Below are positions 25,431-39,110 of a DNA stretch of 64,000 bases, one piece after another. Below the pieces are notes generated by a model, which saw only the letters and a program-made list of their open reading frames with translations, searched no databases and was not told where the DNA came from. Within the stretch, counting starts at the first letter, position 1; each line of letters begins with the position of its first letter. The stretch is from Eledone cirrhosa. Its lineage: Eukaryota. The stretch spans positions 222,146,001 through 222,210,000 of the forward strand of contig OZ024742.1 in NCBI GenBank assembly GCA_964016885.1, in the 5' to 3' direction. The translations under genes were made by a program, and so were the position numbers.

Positions 25431-27786
25431 GATTTAATTTTACTCCTGAGCCAACAAGTAAGACGTAGTTACACCCATTAGAGATATTCAAAGCCGGAAT
25501 TGAGTTAATTTCGTGTCTGTGAGAGACAATCTAGTACTAAATACTTTGTCAATTGGTAAATTACTTGTCACTCAATGTCCGGTTTGTATTCTTATATTAT
25601 CAACTTTCAGAAATACGAATTATTCACATGTATTAAGTTTCTGCTACTTTCGGGATGGTCATTACCGTTTTTTACAGACGTTTTATAAGCAAACCAGCGG
25701 TTCTCAGAGAACCAGGTCACGTTCCTTTCTCATTTTGAATTGACATGTAGTAATTTTTTCCCAAGCACCATGTTAACATGAGCAAAATTTTCAAACCTCA
25801 ATAATTATATAGTCCAGTGGTTATCAGAGTCTCAGGTCACATTTTCTACACCTGCCATTCTACATTTCCTCAATTTCTCCCCTATTTCAAATTGCCATGC
25901 ATTGATTTTCCATCGGGCACAATATTAACATTAACAAGGTTTTCAAGCCTCAATAATTGTATAATCCTTGCAATCTCAGGTTTCTTTAATTCTTCTTCCG
26001 TTGAAAATTGTCATCTAGTGTAAATGTATTCATCCAAGCATCATAGTAACATGGGCAAACTTTTCAGACTTCAATAATAAGCTTGAAACTAGTACATCGT
26101 TCCTGTGTTTAGTCCTTCCTTCCTTCCTTCTTTCCTTCTCATCCCATCCTCATATCTGAGAGTCAGGGGTCATGGACTTATGGATCAGCACTCTCCATCT
26201 TTTCTTGTCTCTTGCCATTGTCATACATTCCGCCAAACTCCTTCATATCAACTCCTTAATATCATCTGTTTATCTCCTTTTCTGCCGTCCCCTGGCCCTT
26301 TTCCCCTTGTAATCACCTCTCAAGGATGTGGGTAGTCAAATTTTGGGCCCTGATGACATGACCAGTGGTTCTTATAGACCTAGGTCATATTCCTTCCCTT
26401 GCAATCTTCGGTTTCTTTAATTCCTCTCCATTTTGAATTTTCGTTTAATAATTATTTTCACCTAGGGTTCGATAGGCAAGGCTATTACTGAGGGCTTGTG
26501 AACTAAGTTCAAATAAACTTTAACCACACCAAGCATGTGTCTCTCTATTGTTTAACATTTAGAAAGGTGATTTTTTAAAAACACTACGCCCAATTCTTTA
26601 AAAAAATACCTTTATGACACCATAATAACAAAAATAAAAGAAGAAAACGAAACGTGAATAGTGAAAGAGAAAACTCTACCCCAGTGGTTCTCAGGGATCC
26701 AGATCACATTCCTCCCCATACAATCTTAGGTTTCCTCCTCCCCCTCCTCCTCCTCCTCCTCATCATCATCATCATCATCATTATCACCATAAAATCATCA
26801 TCATCACAAAATTATTATGAAAGGGTTTTATTGTCGTTGATTCTAGATAAATATAGACATTTAAACCTTTTTGTTGCCATGCTTCTAATGAGAGACACTG
26901 TCCAAGATTTTCAGTTAATTTTTAAAATAATCAAGATTTTGGAGGGATTTAGTAAAATAACTAATTTTCTAGGACATAACTTAACAAAGGTTCTTACACA
27001 AGATTATGATGGGAGGCTTTTAGATAAATATAAATTTAAAACAAATAACTTTGTATCGTAGAATCAGGAGCAGGTTCAGGCGGTTTAATATCAAAAGATT
27101 TAAATAAATGTTTGAAACATAGCTTAAAGTTTCGTACATAAAATCACGATAAAAGTTTTTTTTAGATAAATGTAAACAAATTAGATCTAACAGCTTGATA
27201 TCAAAGAAACAGGGTCGGTTTCAGGCAATTTGGTGTCAAAAGGGTTAAACTGTTTATTTATATTTCCTACGGAGTTTCAGAGAGTTCACCAACAGATAGT
27301 ACTACATTTATATGCATCTGAGACTTTAGCCACAGGTGATGAGTTCTCCGCCCTTGCCGTACAGATTGTCGACTCGTCTTTCCTTTCGCTGGTTGTTATC
27401 GCTATGTGGAACATCCAACATGGCGAATACCTGGGGATTATATTGATCGATGGCTGTATGTGATGGTGGCAGGAGGGGGTTAGATGTGTGTAACTGGATA
27501 TTCGTTATCAGGGAATAATATCAGCAGCAACAACAAAATGGTGGTGGGTGGAGAAAAAGAAGAAGAAAAGAAAGAAAAGAATAAATAAATAAATAAACCA
27601 TAAAAACAAGATAACACAAGAGAAGAAGAACTTCATTGTTGAAAACGGAAACAACTAAAGACAACACAAAAAGAAAAAAACAAAAACAAAGAAAACCCCA
27701 AAGCAAAGCATAAGTTGTGATTAAGGAGGAAACTGTTGACATAAGTGTATTTCTGGAATCCTTTCTATCTAATGTGGCATTCACAC

Positions 27787-28518
<732 letters not shown>

Positions 28519-28783
28519 TGTATATACATACACACACGCACACAGACACAGACACAGACACACGCACGCACACACATACACACATACATACACACATACA
28601 TATATATATACATACACATACACCGCCTAGATTAGGGTGCAGACCTGATGTTTCTTGCCCTTGCTTTTACTTTCATCATTTAGTTTTCTGTTGCAAACAT
28701 TATATAATTTAGTTGACATTTGTTGAACAAGGCTTTTCTTAGTTAAAAGCCGGCGTAAGTTAAAGAATGCAACCCCAAATTCT

Positions 28784-29402
28784 TACTCTCGGGTCTCGAA
28801 TAATCGATCCGCCCCCTTCTTATTAACTTTTCAGATGCCCCCGCTTATTAAATTTTGCTAATCAATTTCCGACGAAATTTTATTTTAAGTGATAGCATTC
28901 CTACGCTAATTAATTTCCTTTTGATATTAAAAAACATTATCTATATATCTAAAACAGAGAATGTCTGCCTGTCTGCCTGTCTGTCTGTCTGTCTGTCTGA
29001 CTCCCTAAAACTCGAGAACCACCCAACCGACTTTTTTTCAAACTTTACACATGTAATACTTATGGTCGTGTGAGTGTTTTGAGCAAAAAAATTTCAATTT
29101 TTCAATGCACCCTAGGGACCGCATTAGGCGATTTAGCGATCTCTCTATAATTCTTAGTCTTTCTTTTTAGATACATAGCTACAACGTCGCGCCCTTATAA
29201 TATATGTCTGTATGTCTAGCTGTCTGCATTACGACATTATGACGTTGTGTGTGTGTGTATATGTAGATATAGTGTATATATATATATATATATATAGTGT
29301 GTAACGTTTTTCGAAATATTTACTTCTGCCTTCACAGATTGCGTTCAGAAGATCCCGTTAAGGGTGAAAGCAGCGATTCTTTGCTTAAACTTTAATCTGT
29401 TA

Positions 29403-29490
<88 letters not shown>

Positions 29491-29819
29491 TATATTCGTG
29501 TACAGATACTTTTTGCATACACAATAACAAAATATAAACAAACGTATTTATTTCACGAGGCTCGATAAGGATAAATATATATTTAATCTATAATAACCCT
29601 AGAGCAAATCCCGAGCAACGCCGGGCCATTCTGCTAGTACATTACTAAAAAGAACATTACTAGAAATCACATACGTTATAAAATAAATAGGAAGGGCTGG
29701 CGTCTCAATATGTAAACTAAATGACTAATTCTGGTTTTTAAAAAATCTTAGAAAATTTACCGATTTAAAACCAAACACCCGCTTATCCACCCCCTTCTAA
29801 TATTTGGGACCCGAGAGTA
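28784..29819. mobile_element. TIR element hosting a Helitron-like insertion
   Basis: TACTCTCGGGTC at 28784 and GACCCGAGAGTA ending 29819. Confidence 0.55.
28940..29637 (+). mobile_element. Non-autonomous Helitron/Helentron-like element
   Basis: 5' TC start with (GTCT)n; 3' hairpin CCCGAGCAACGCCGGG followed by CTAG. Confidence 0.7.
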
Positions 29820-29882
29820 GTTCCGCTTGATTAACATTAAGACAACCGGTTCCATTATAAATATAAAACTCTTCACTACTTA

Positions 29883-30632
29883 AATGGAAAAGAATGAAAC
29901 GAAATTTCATTTCTCACTCTTAGTACGGCTGATACCTAAATACAAGTATGTATACGTACATACATATATATGTACAGACGCACAGTAGTATGTATATATA
30001 TATACATACATGCACACATATATATATGTACGTATGGGTTTACCGAACATTTATTATAATGTTCGGTTTGTTTTAAACAAACAGCCCGAATTACGTCGTA
30101 CAGTGCTCGGCAACCATCGTCGCCCTTTTGTTCAATACTGACACAGGAACGATGTACTAGTTTCAAGCTTATTAGCTATCGCCAGCATCGTATACCGAAA
30201 ACGATAAATGGAAAAGAATGAAAAGAAATTTAATTTCTCACTCTTAGTACGGCTGATACCCATTTATCGTTTTCGGTATGCCCGGCCGACTAACTCACTC
30301 GATATGCAAATTAGGCTGCTCAGCCGTTAATATGCATTAGGAAGTATATACTTTCAGACGTTCAATCATCTGATAGAAAGGTATACGATGTTGACGATAG
30401 CTAATAAGCTTGAAACTAGTACATCGTTCCTGTGTCAGTGTTGAACAAAAGGGCGACGATGGTTGCCGAGCACTGTACGGCGTAATTCGGGCTGTTTGTT
30501 TACAAACAAACCGAAGATTATAATAAATGTTCGGTAAACCCATACGTACATATATATATGTGTGCATGTATGTGTATATATACATACTACTGTGCGTCTG
30601 TACACATATATGTATGTACGTATACATGTATC
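29883..30632. mobile_element. Family C HHR element, inverted plus partial tandem (HHRs 30149-30191 minus, 30385-30427 plus)
   Basis: ACGATG-[CTGACGA consensus]-TAGCTAATAAGCTT-GAAA-CTAGT-A-CATCGT; octamer at 30304. Confidence 0.85.
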
Positions 30633-30748
30633 TTCACTACTTAGTTAACCCTTTTGATACTAAAGCACCTGAAAATGCCCCAGGTTCTATGGTACAAAGC
30701 TGTTTGTTTTAAAGTGTTTATATTTATCTAAAAAGTTTCCATCATAAT

Positions 30749-30933
30749 CAGACCTGTCAACCTCCAAAAACCCAAACGAGGAGTACCATGAAAAAAAAGT
30801 GCCCCAAAATGGGATAAATGGGGAAATTTCACATAATGAAAGCTATACGCATTTTCACAAGAGAAGACATCTCTTATCCACACCAAAAGCCGTTGCAAAT
30901 CTCCCCGTCGGACGGGGAGAGTTGACAGGTCTG
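30749..30933. mobile_element. MITE inside a piggyBac-like end (TTAACCCTTTTG at ~30646)
   Basis: TIR CAGACCTGTCAAC/GTTGACAGGTCTG. Confidence 0.7.
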
Positions 30934-32869
30934 ATAAATCTTAACTATAATAAAGAAAGGAGTACGGGATTGCGTCCAGAATATTTTTTTTTACCCCGTT
31001 TGTAAAATAAGTTGTATTACTTTGAATAAATAATGAATGAATATTACATAATTTATGTGCTAAATTTCGTGGCTGTTGATTAAATATATTTTATAGCTTA
31101 TTTAAAGATCTTATTCACTTCTTTAAAATGTTCAAATGTCAACACTTCCGGTTAGCGGCCGTTATATTATAACACATATAAAAATATCGCATATATTTCC
31201 ATCGCTAATTTTCTCCTAATGCAGTTTATATATAATATCGTCTTTTTTTTTATGTATCATGGATTACGTTACTGATTACATAAGACAGTGTAACACAGTC
31301 TTCGTTCAATTTCTGTGTATATTGTCAATTACGATTTTATTTGATGTATCATATCTACATGTATATATATTTGTGTATAATATCAATATACACACTACAC
31401 ATGCTAGCAGAAAACCACCCGAAGGGTGGTTTTTCTGCTAGTTTATGTAAAAATCTTTAAGTTATGTTCCAAACATCAACTTAACAACGAGAAAGTTAGT
31501 CATATTACTAAATCTCCTAATTCAGGTTTATTTTCAAAATTATTTGAAACTTGTAGACAGTACCTTTCATTAAAAACATTATTTCTAATTTAGGCGGTGA
31601 ATTGGCAGTATCGGTAGAAGGTCGGAGGCCATGCTTTCCAGCATAGTTACGTCCCTTTACGATCTGAGTTCAAATCCCGCCGAGGTTTACTTTGCCTTTC
31701 ATCCTTACGGGGTCGATAAAATAAAGTACCAGTAATGTACTGGGATAATTGCTTGCCTTGTGCCAAAAGTAGAAACAATTATTTCTAATTTAGGCACAAG
31801 GCCAGAAATTTAGGTTGGGTGGAGCAAGTCGCTTATATCAACCCTACTGCTTGACTGGTACTTTATATTATTGACCTCTTGAGGAAGAAAGGCAAAGTTG
31901 ACCACGACGGAATTTGAACTCAGAACGTAAAGAGCCGGAAAAAAACTTTCGTCCGATTCTTTAACGGGGGGCCTGCTAATCACCATTGGAAATATGTTAC
32001 CGAAAGAGTTCAAAATTCATTTTTTTTTTTTTTTTTCGTTAATCTTGATTTACATTTTTCAGGTGAAAATCTATGGCCCCCCCCCCCCTCTCGGTCACGA
32101 ATGACCATGGTTTTGCAACTAGAAAGTTTCTCTCCGAGGCACAAGCCTGGGAAAGGTTTTTTGTGGAAGACCAGTAGTTGCCCATGCAGACCAGTCTCCC
32201 CTCTCCACGCCACTGATGTTGTCCAGGGGAAAGGCAATGACCGATACAGCTTGGCACCAGTGACGTCGCAACTCATTTCTACAGCTGAGTAAACTGAAGC
32301 AATAAAATGTCTTGCTCAAGGACACAACACATCACCCAGTCCGAGAATCGAACTCGCAACCTCCCAATTGCACCCAATGTTTTAACCACCAAGCCATGCG
32401 CCTTCACGTACGCAAATACGTGAAAATACAAATATATAAACCCATTAGCTGTCCTACCTGGATATTTCTTTATATTTTATTGTTCAATATATTTAATGTG
32501 AGTGTCACAGGTGGCCAAGTAATTCAGGTACTGTCATGTCAGCTAAACAACAACAATTTATTTATAACTCACCGTATTTACCATTTTATGCTGCTAAAAG
32601 TAACATCAAATAAACAAGCAAATAAATTTCGGCCGTCACTCGCAATCAAGTATGACTTGGTAGTATGTGCCATGCTAAGGAGTTTTAGGAGACCATGTAG
32701 TCACAAACAGACAATGACATCCTCTCGATTCTCCCTTCATTGACTCAGTATATATGCACACACACACGCGCGCACGCACGCACGCACACACACATACATA
32801 CACACGCGCGCGCGTGCACACACACATACACACATGCACACACACGCACGCACGCACACACACACAAAC

Positions 32870-32935
<66 letters not shown>

Positions 32936-34507
32936 TAGGTATAAAGCGAAGTTGTAGCTGCCACGCAGCGAGTACTATTCAATTTGTTTGAGGCAATCAC
33001 AAAGCACTCAATGGAACAAAAAGTTAAAACACTAACGTCCAGAGTAAACACAACAGTTAAAAAGTATGACACCAAGAAAACCGACCGATATAGATTGAGA
33101 GATGGGGGGGTTAGGGGGGGAGTGTGTGAGAGAGAGAGCTGGTGGTATTGTTGAATGAAATTATAACTTATATATATATGGGCCTTACAACTTCATTTTA
33201 CATTACATACATGTCTGTGTATATTTTAATTATTTAAAGATTATTTTTAAGTGAAGATGATTAACAAAAAGATTTTTTAAGTGAAACGTGATCCAACGGG
33301 TCAGGGGTGGTCTAGTCATTACTAAAACTGAATATGAAAATAATACATGTATGAACCCGTAACTCTTGATGGAGCCGTAGGGACGCCATCCTGACATACA
33401 GAGTGTCGTGTTACACTTTGTGACTGGCGGAGTCCATCCCCTTTTGAGGTCTGAACACAGCTAATTTATTCCAGAGAGAGAGAAAGAGGGGGGGGGGGGG
33501 GAATTGACTCCAGTAGGGGATAGATACATTTCATATCGACCTCGATTGGATGAAAGGCAAAGTTGACATCGGTGAGATTTGAACTCATAGAACACAGAGA
33601 ACTAGAACCACTCTGCCAATTCAACACCCCAGAAAATAACTATAGATTCATAAAGTTAATATAAAGAGTGGTGTGCTCATGTGCAGAGGTGTTATAGAAT
33701 AGCTTATCAAATAAGCTAAAGACCTTTAAAAACGGAAAAAGAATTTACCATCGGCCGCTTAAAGGTCTTCAGCCTATTTCATAAGCAATTTTATAGCATC
33801 TTTACGCATGAGTAGACCAATTCTTTATATCAACCTTATCACTTCAGCGCTTCCGAAATGTCCGAGAGATTGGTTACGTATATAGATGTTGTTAACTCTG
33901 CTAACTATGGAGTGTGAATGCGCGTAGCTCAATGGTTAGTGGTTTTGGTTCATGTGTTCGATTTTCGGCGGTGTGTTGTGTCCTGGAGCAAGACCCTTTA
34001 TTTCGGGTTGCTCCAGGTCCTCCAGCCGACAAAAATTAGCTGCATCTGCATTTTAAAAGGTAAACCTCTGACTATACCGTGTCACGCCGAATTTTCTTGA
34101 AGAACTAAGAACTACGTAAAGAGTACACGTGTCTGTGGAATGTTCAGTCACTTGCTTGTTAATTTCACGAGCAGGCGTGTATAAATGTTTTGTTAAGTTT
34201 ATGCTTACTATCGTAGTCATATATGTATATGTAAGCATACCTTCATCTCTCCTCTACATGCTATCCCCTTCTTGCCCAGTCCACCGTCCAACTAATTCTC
34301 CATCTCAACCGTCTACTCTTCAACTTGCTGACTTTCGCCAAGAAACAAACTTTACTCCGCTCTCCATCTGCTATTTCCCCACCTCCAGCCCTCACCCTAC
34401 CATCCCTCTACATTCATCTCTCTCTCCTTCGCCCCAACCCGCTGTCGTAACCGACGGAGTGCTAGTTATATGTTTTCATATACCCCCTCCCCCCCCTCTC
34501 TCTCTCT

Positions 34508-34673
<166 letters not shown>

Positions 34674-34721
34674 ATTGTTTCTACTTATGGCACAAGGCCA
34701 GCAATTACCCAGTGCAATGCT

Positions 34722-34767
<46 letters not shown>

Positions 34768-34794
34768 AAATGTAGAGAAGGAGCACACGAGTTG

Positions 34795-34833
<39 letters not shown>

Positions 34834-34840
<7 letters not shown>

Positions 34841-36024
34841 ATAGGGAGAAAAAGACGATTATTAGGAAGAAAAATATTTTTTTCCCTCTTATTTTTTTAT
34901 TTTTTTTCTGGGTTAGAATATGTTTAAAACAAAATATTTTACTTTGTGTGAAGTGTTAAGGTATTAGTAAATTTATTTATTTTATTAACAATAGTATTTA
35001 TTTATTTATTTATATATTTATATATTTAATAATTGTCTATTACCGGTTTCAGCATTTTATGCATTATCAAAGGGGGAATTTGTACTGGTGTAACATGTTA
35101 AGGAAATGGCGAAGAAAGAATAATGTTATTTACAAACAAGGTTTTTGAAGTGAAAAGAAAAAAGAAAAAAAAGAAGGTAATGTGGAACATGATAAGGTAA
35201 TGGGAAAGAAAAAGTAATATTATTTACAGGCATAGTTATTGAAGATAAGCAGTTGAAAATGTGTTATTAGGGCAACAGTGCTTAGTTGATCCAAATGGTA
35301 GTGTGGGATTTGATATGATTTCCCTTTTTAGAGAGTTAATATGCAGGGGGAGGTAATTCAGGGTGGTCAGGTAGGGGAGAGAGAAATGAGAGAGGGTATA
35401 TAATTTATATAAGAAAAAGGATTAGGTAGGGTGTGAGGGAGGTAACTCTTTAGAGAACATAGGGATTTGGTTTTGGTTCATTGTTCCTTCCAGTTTTAGT
35501 TTAGTCCGAAGTTTAGTCCATTAAGTAGAGGTTGGAATTTGTTAATGAAGTACGTTTCCTATTTGGTACGATGGATGAAAGAAGCGTTGTCTATGAATTT
35601 GCAAATGGGGAAAGTTTTTAAGTCTGAATGTTGGTTAGGTGTACAATTGGCGATATGTTCACTAAAAGCAATCTTTCTGTATTCCTGTATTTTGATTTGT
35701 GATCTATGGACGGTAATACGTTGTCGGGGCTGTTTTTTGTCTGTCCTATGTAGTGCTCTTGACAACCTGAGCAAGTCAAAACATAGATTAGGTTTTCAGA
35801 TGCACATGTAAAGTTGTGTTTAACTGTGAAATGTTGTCCTTGTTTAAAATGGAATAAATAAATGCCATTGTTAATTAATAAATAAATTAACTAATACCTT
35901 AACACTTCACACAAAGTAAAATATTTTGTTTTAAACATTTTCTAACCCAGAAAAAAAGAGAAAAAATAAAAGGGAAAAAAAAATTTTTTCTTCCTAATAA
36001 TCGTCTTTTTCTCCCTATTTTCAT
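34834..36024 (-). mobile_element. 5'-truncated Penelope-like element with inverted terminal copy; GIY-YIG remnant ~35520-35810
   Basis: CSGCQEHYIGQT, RQRITVHRSQIK..SEHIANC..ETYFINKFQPLLN; arms 34834-34990/35867-36024; degenerate HHR ~35030-35075. Confidence 0.8.
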
Positions 36025-36057
36025 ATATATATATATAGATAGATAGATAGATATATA

Positions 36058-36155
36058 TAGGGTGTCCAAAAAAATGTATACATACTTCAACAGCATTCTA
36101 ATAAATATTGCCTGCACAAGTAATCAAAGAGTGTATACATTTTTGGAACACCCTG
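36058..36155. mobile_element. Tc1-like MITE (partial copy ~48030-48111)
   Basis: TIR AGGGTGTCCAAAAA/TTTTTGGAACACCCTG. Confidence 0.7.
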
Positions 36156-36159
36156 TGTG

Positions 36160-36262
<103 letters not shown>

Positions 36263-36302
36263 GTGGTTCCACAACAGATAATACATCATTTCCGAGAACA
36301 AT

Positions 36303-36363
<61 letters not shown>

Positions 36364-37584
36364 GTTTGTATATAAACACCTATGTACATAAATATTTATG
36401 ACTGTCCTGTCCCAGCATGGCCTCATCCTGTCGACTGGAACACGTAATAGAGTAATGTGTATGTATAGATATGTGTGTGTATGTATATAAACGTATGTAA
36501 ATAAAAACATCGCAGTTCCAATGGTAGCAACACTTCACTGCACACAGTTTCCTCTGCATCAGTAGATCTTCACTAAGACATATTCTTCGTATCTACAAGA
36601 CACTTTAACCAAACATACGAGATAATTCCTCCGACTATTTCATAAAACGCCTGGTTTGGGTTTTTTCCATCTCTAATGCCCCCTGTCTTTCACAAACCTC
36701 CGCTCAGTTTGTTTTCTTTCTCATTTAACAACACACCGGAAATAATATTCAACAGACTGGCCGTGTTTCTAGGAATCATAAACCGTTTTTAATCAAAGCA
36801 AGCTGCTTGAAGACATCCACGAAAGGAATTTCTGCCATGCCATTAAAATAACAACACCAATAGTAATAGTTTCTGATTTAGGCACAGTTTGGGGAGAGGT
36901 AAAAGTCGATCAAATCGACCCCAGTGCATTACTGGTACTTTATTTTATTGACCCCCTTAAGGATGAAAGGCAAAGCTAACCTTCACCGGATTTTTGAACT
37001 CAAAACGTAAAGGGACGTGACCATATACCGCAAAGCAACACCAGTAATAATAATTTCTAATTTAGGCACAATGCCAGCAAATTTAGGCAAAGGGCAAAAT
37101 TGATTAAATCAAATCAGTAATTAACTGGTACTTTATTTTATCGAACTCCGGCAATGTTGACTTCTGCGGGGCTTGAACTCAAAATATAAAGAGCCAGAAA
37201 AAATGCCTGAAAAAATTCTGCTAATCCACAACAGCAATAATAATTATAATTATTTCGACTTTTGGTACAAGGCCAGCAATTTGAAGGGAATAGGGGTTGA
37301 TTAAATCGACCCCAGTGCTTTACTGGTACTTTATTTTATCGACCCCGTAATGATGAAAGGTAACATTGACCTCGGCATATTGATGATGATGATGATGATG
37401 ATGATTTCTACCATTGGCACAAGGCCAGCAATTTGGAGAGCGGGGAAAGTCGATTAAATTGACCCCAGTGCATTACTAGTGTTTTATTTTATCGACCCTG
37501 TGAGAATGAAAGGCTAAGCTAACCTTGGCGGGTATGTTTGTTCTTGCTCAATCAATACATACATACAGACAGACAGACAGACAG

Positions 37585-38345
37585 GAAGACTACAGCGTCT
37601 TCGCAGTCGATTATCGTCTCTTATTGATTCTTCGTTATCATCCCATCTGCGTCCATGACTTCGTAGATGACTTTTAAGCCAGCTGCAGATTTGCATGGTT
37701 TACGACACAGGTGACAGAAAAGAGTAGTGCTTTCCACAGGACCGGTGGTGTCACCCTGTGGGACACAATTTTATGTACCACCATGTGTCTTCTTAGTCTG
37801 TAACTAGTTCTACACACTTTGTTGCATCACGCACGTTGTTTCGCCAGATCTTTGTTGAGTGGTGTTGTGGGTGGTTATCCATGTGACTTCAGGTGATTAA
37901 CATAACCAGCCTTTGAGAGCAGTACACACTGACAGAAATTGTATGTCCAACCACTAATGACTTCATTAAGACTGTGTCCACAGCCCTTCCGGAGCTGACG
38001 CTTCAGTTATTTATGTTCTAGACGACATTCCTCAAAAGTTTTGCGACTACCCTTTATGCGCTTTCTCCACTCAGCCCTATTTAGAGCTATCGTCTCCCAG
38101 TTGTCTATATCAAATACCAGCTCTTTGAGATTGTTCTTGATGCTGTCCCTGAACCTCATTTTCGGTTTGTGTTGAGGTCTTATGGAACAAACCGTAAAAC
38201 TGTTGCTTCGGGATCCTGCTTTCTTTCCTGCGGACGATATGTCCTGTCCTGCGCATTTCAGAAGATGTTACTTGGGACTCAATGCTTGGATATTCTGCTT
38301 TAATAAGAACATGGGCATGCATACATATATGATGGCTGCATCTCG
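37585..38345 (-). mobile_element. RTE LINE 3' fragment
   Basis: MRRTGHIVRRKESRIPKQQFYG; C-terminal LKSHLRSH zinc-finger-like end. Confidence 0.8.
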
Positions 38346-38849
38346 ATTTCGAGAATTGCCATAGCATTATCCTTTTCTCACACATAGATGGCACGAACAT
38401 GACTCTTTAGCTCATCCTAGGACTTACATTGTTTTCTGCATATGATACAGCGAAAGAAAAAAGCCCTTTTCGTTTATAACCAACCATGCTTATCCAACAC
38501 ATGCGAAAGATATTTAGATCAAGCAATGCTTGTGCTTAAAACTTTTTTACGTGAAGAAAGGCTTTGCACTGGACCAATCCACTCCCTGAACAACGGTGAC
38601 AGGTATCCAAAAAGAAGGTTTAGTCAATATCATTAGCTGCCATCGAATCGCAGGTTTTACATTAGAGTTTCCTCCTAGAATGAGGTCCTAACAAGAACTA
38701 GGGGTCTTTCACTCTCGGTAGGCTTAACCGCGTACTTGGGTACTAAATCCCCCTGCATGCATGCATACACACAAACACATACATACAAACATACATACAT
38801 ACATACATACATACATACATACATACATACATACATACATACAGCTGCC

Positions 38850-39110
38850 CACTTGATGTAAACGTTGTCAGAAAAATACAGAAGGACCATTGATGAGGAG
38901 TTTACAAATCCAGTATCCAAGATACACCTTTAGCTTCATACCCATCATTATTGGAGCTACGGGTTATATACCAACCCGCTTGGACCAATGTATAACTGAA
39001 TTTGGATTTGCGGACAAAGAGCGCAGCTCCCTAATTCATAGTCTACAAATGGCTGCAATAGCTGGCACCTTCAAAATTTGCAAAACATTCTTGCGATTCG
39101 AGGGATGACA
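38850..39110 (+). pseudogene. C-terminus of restriction-like endonuclease non-LTR element (R2/R4/NeSL group)
   Basis: LQIQYPRYTFSFIPIIIGATGYIP...AAIAGTFKICKTFL. Confidence 0.65.
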
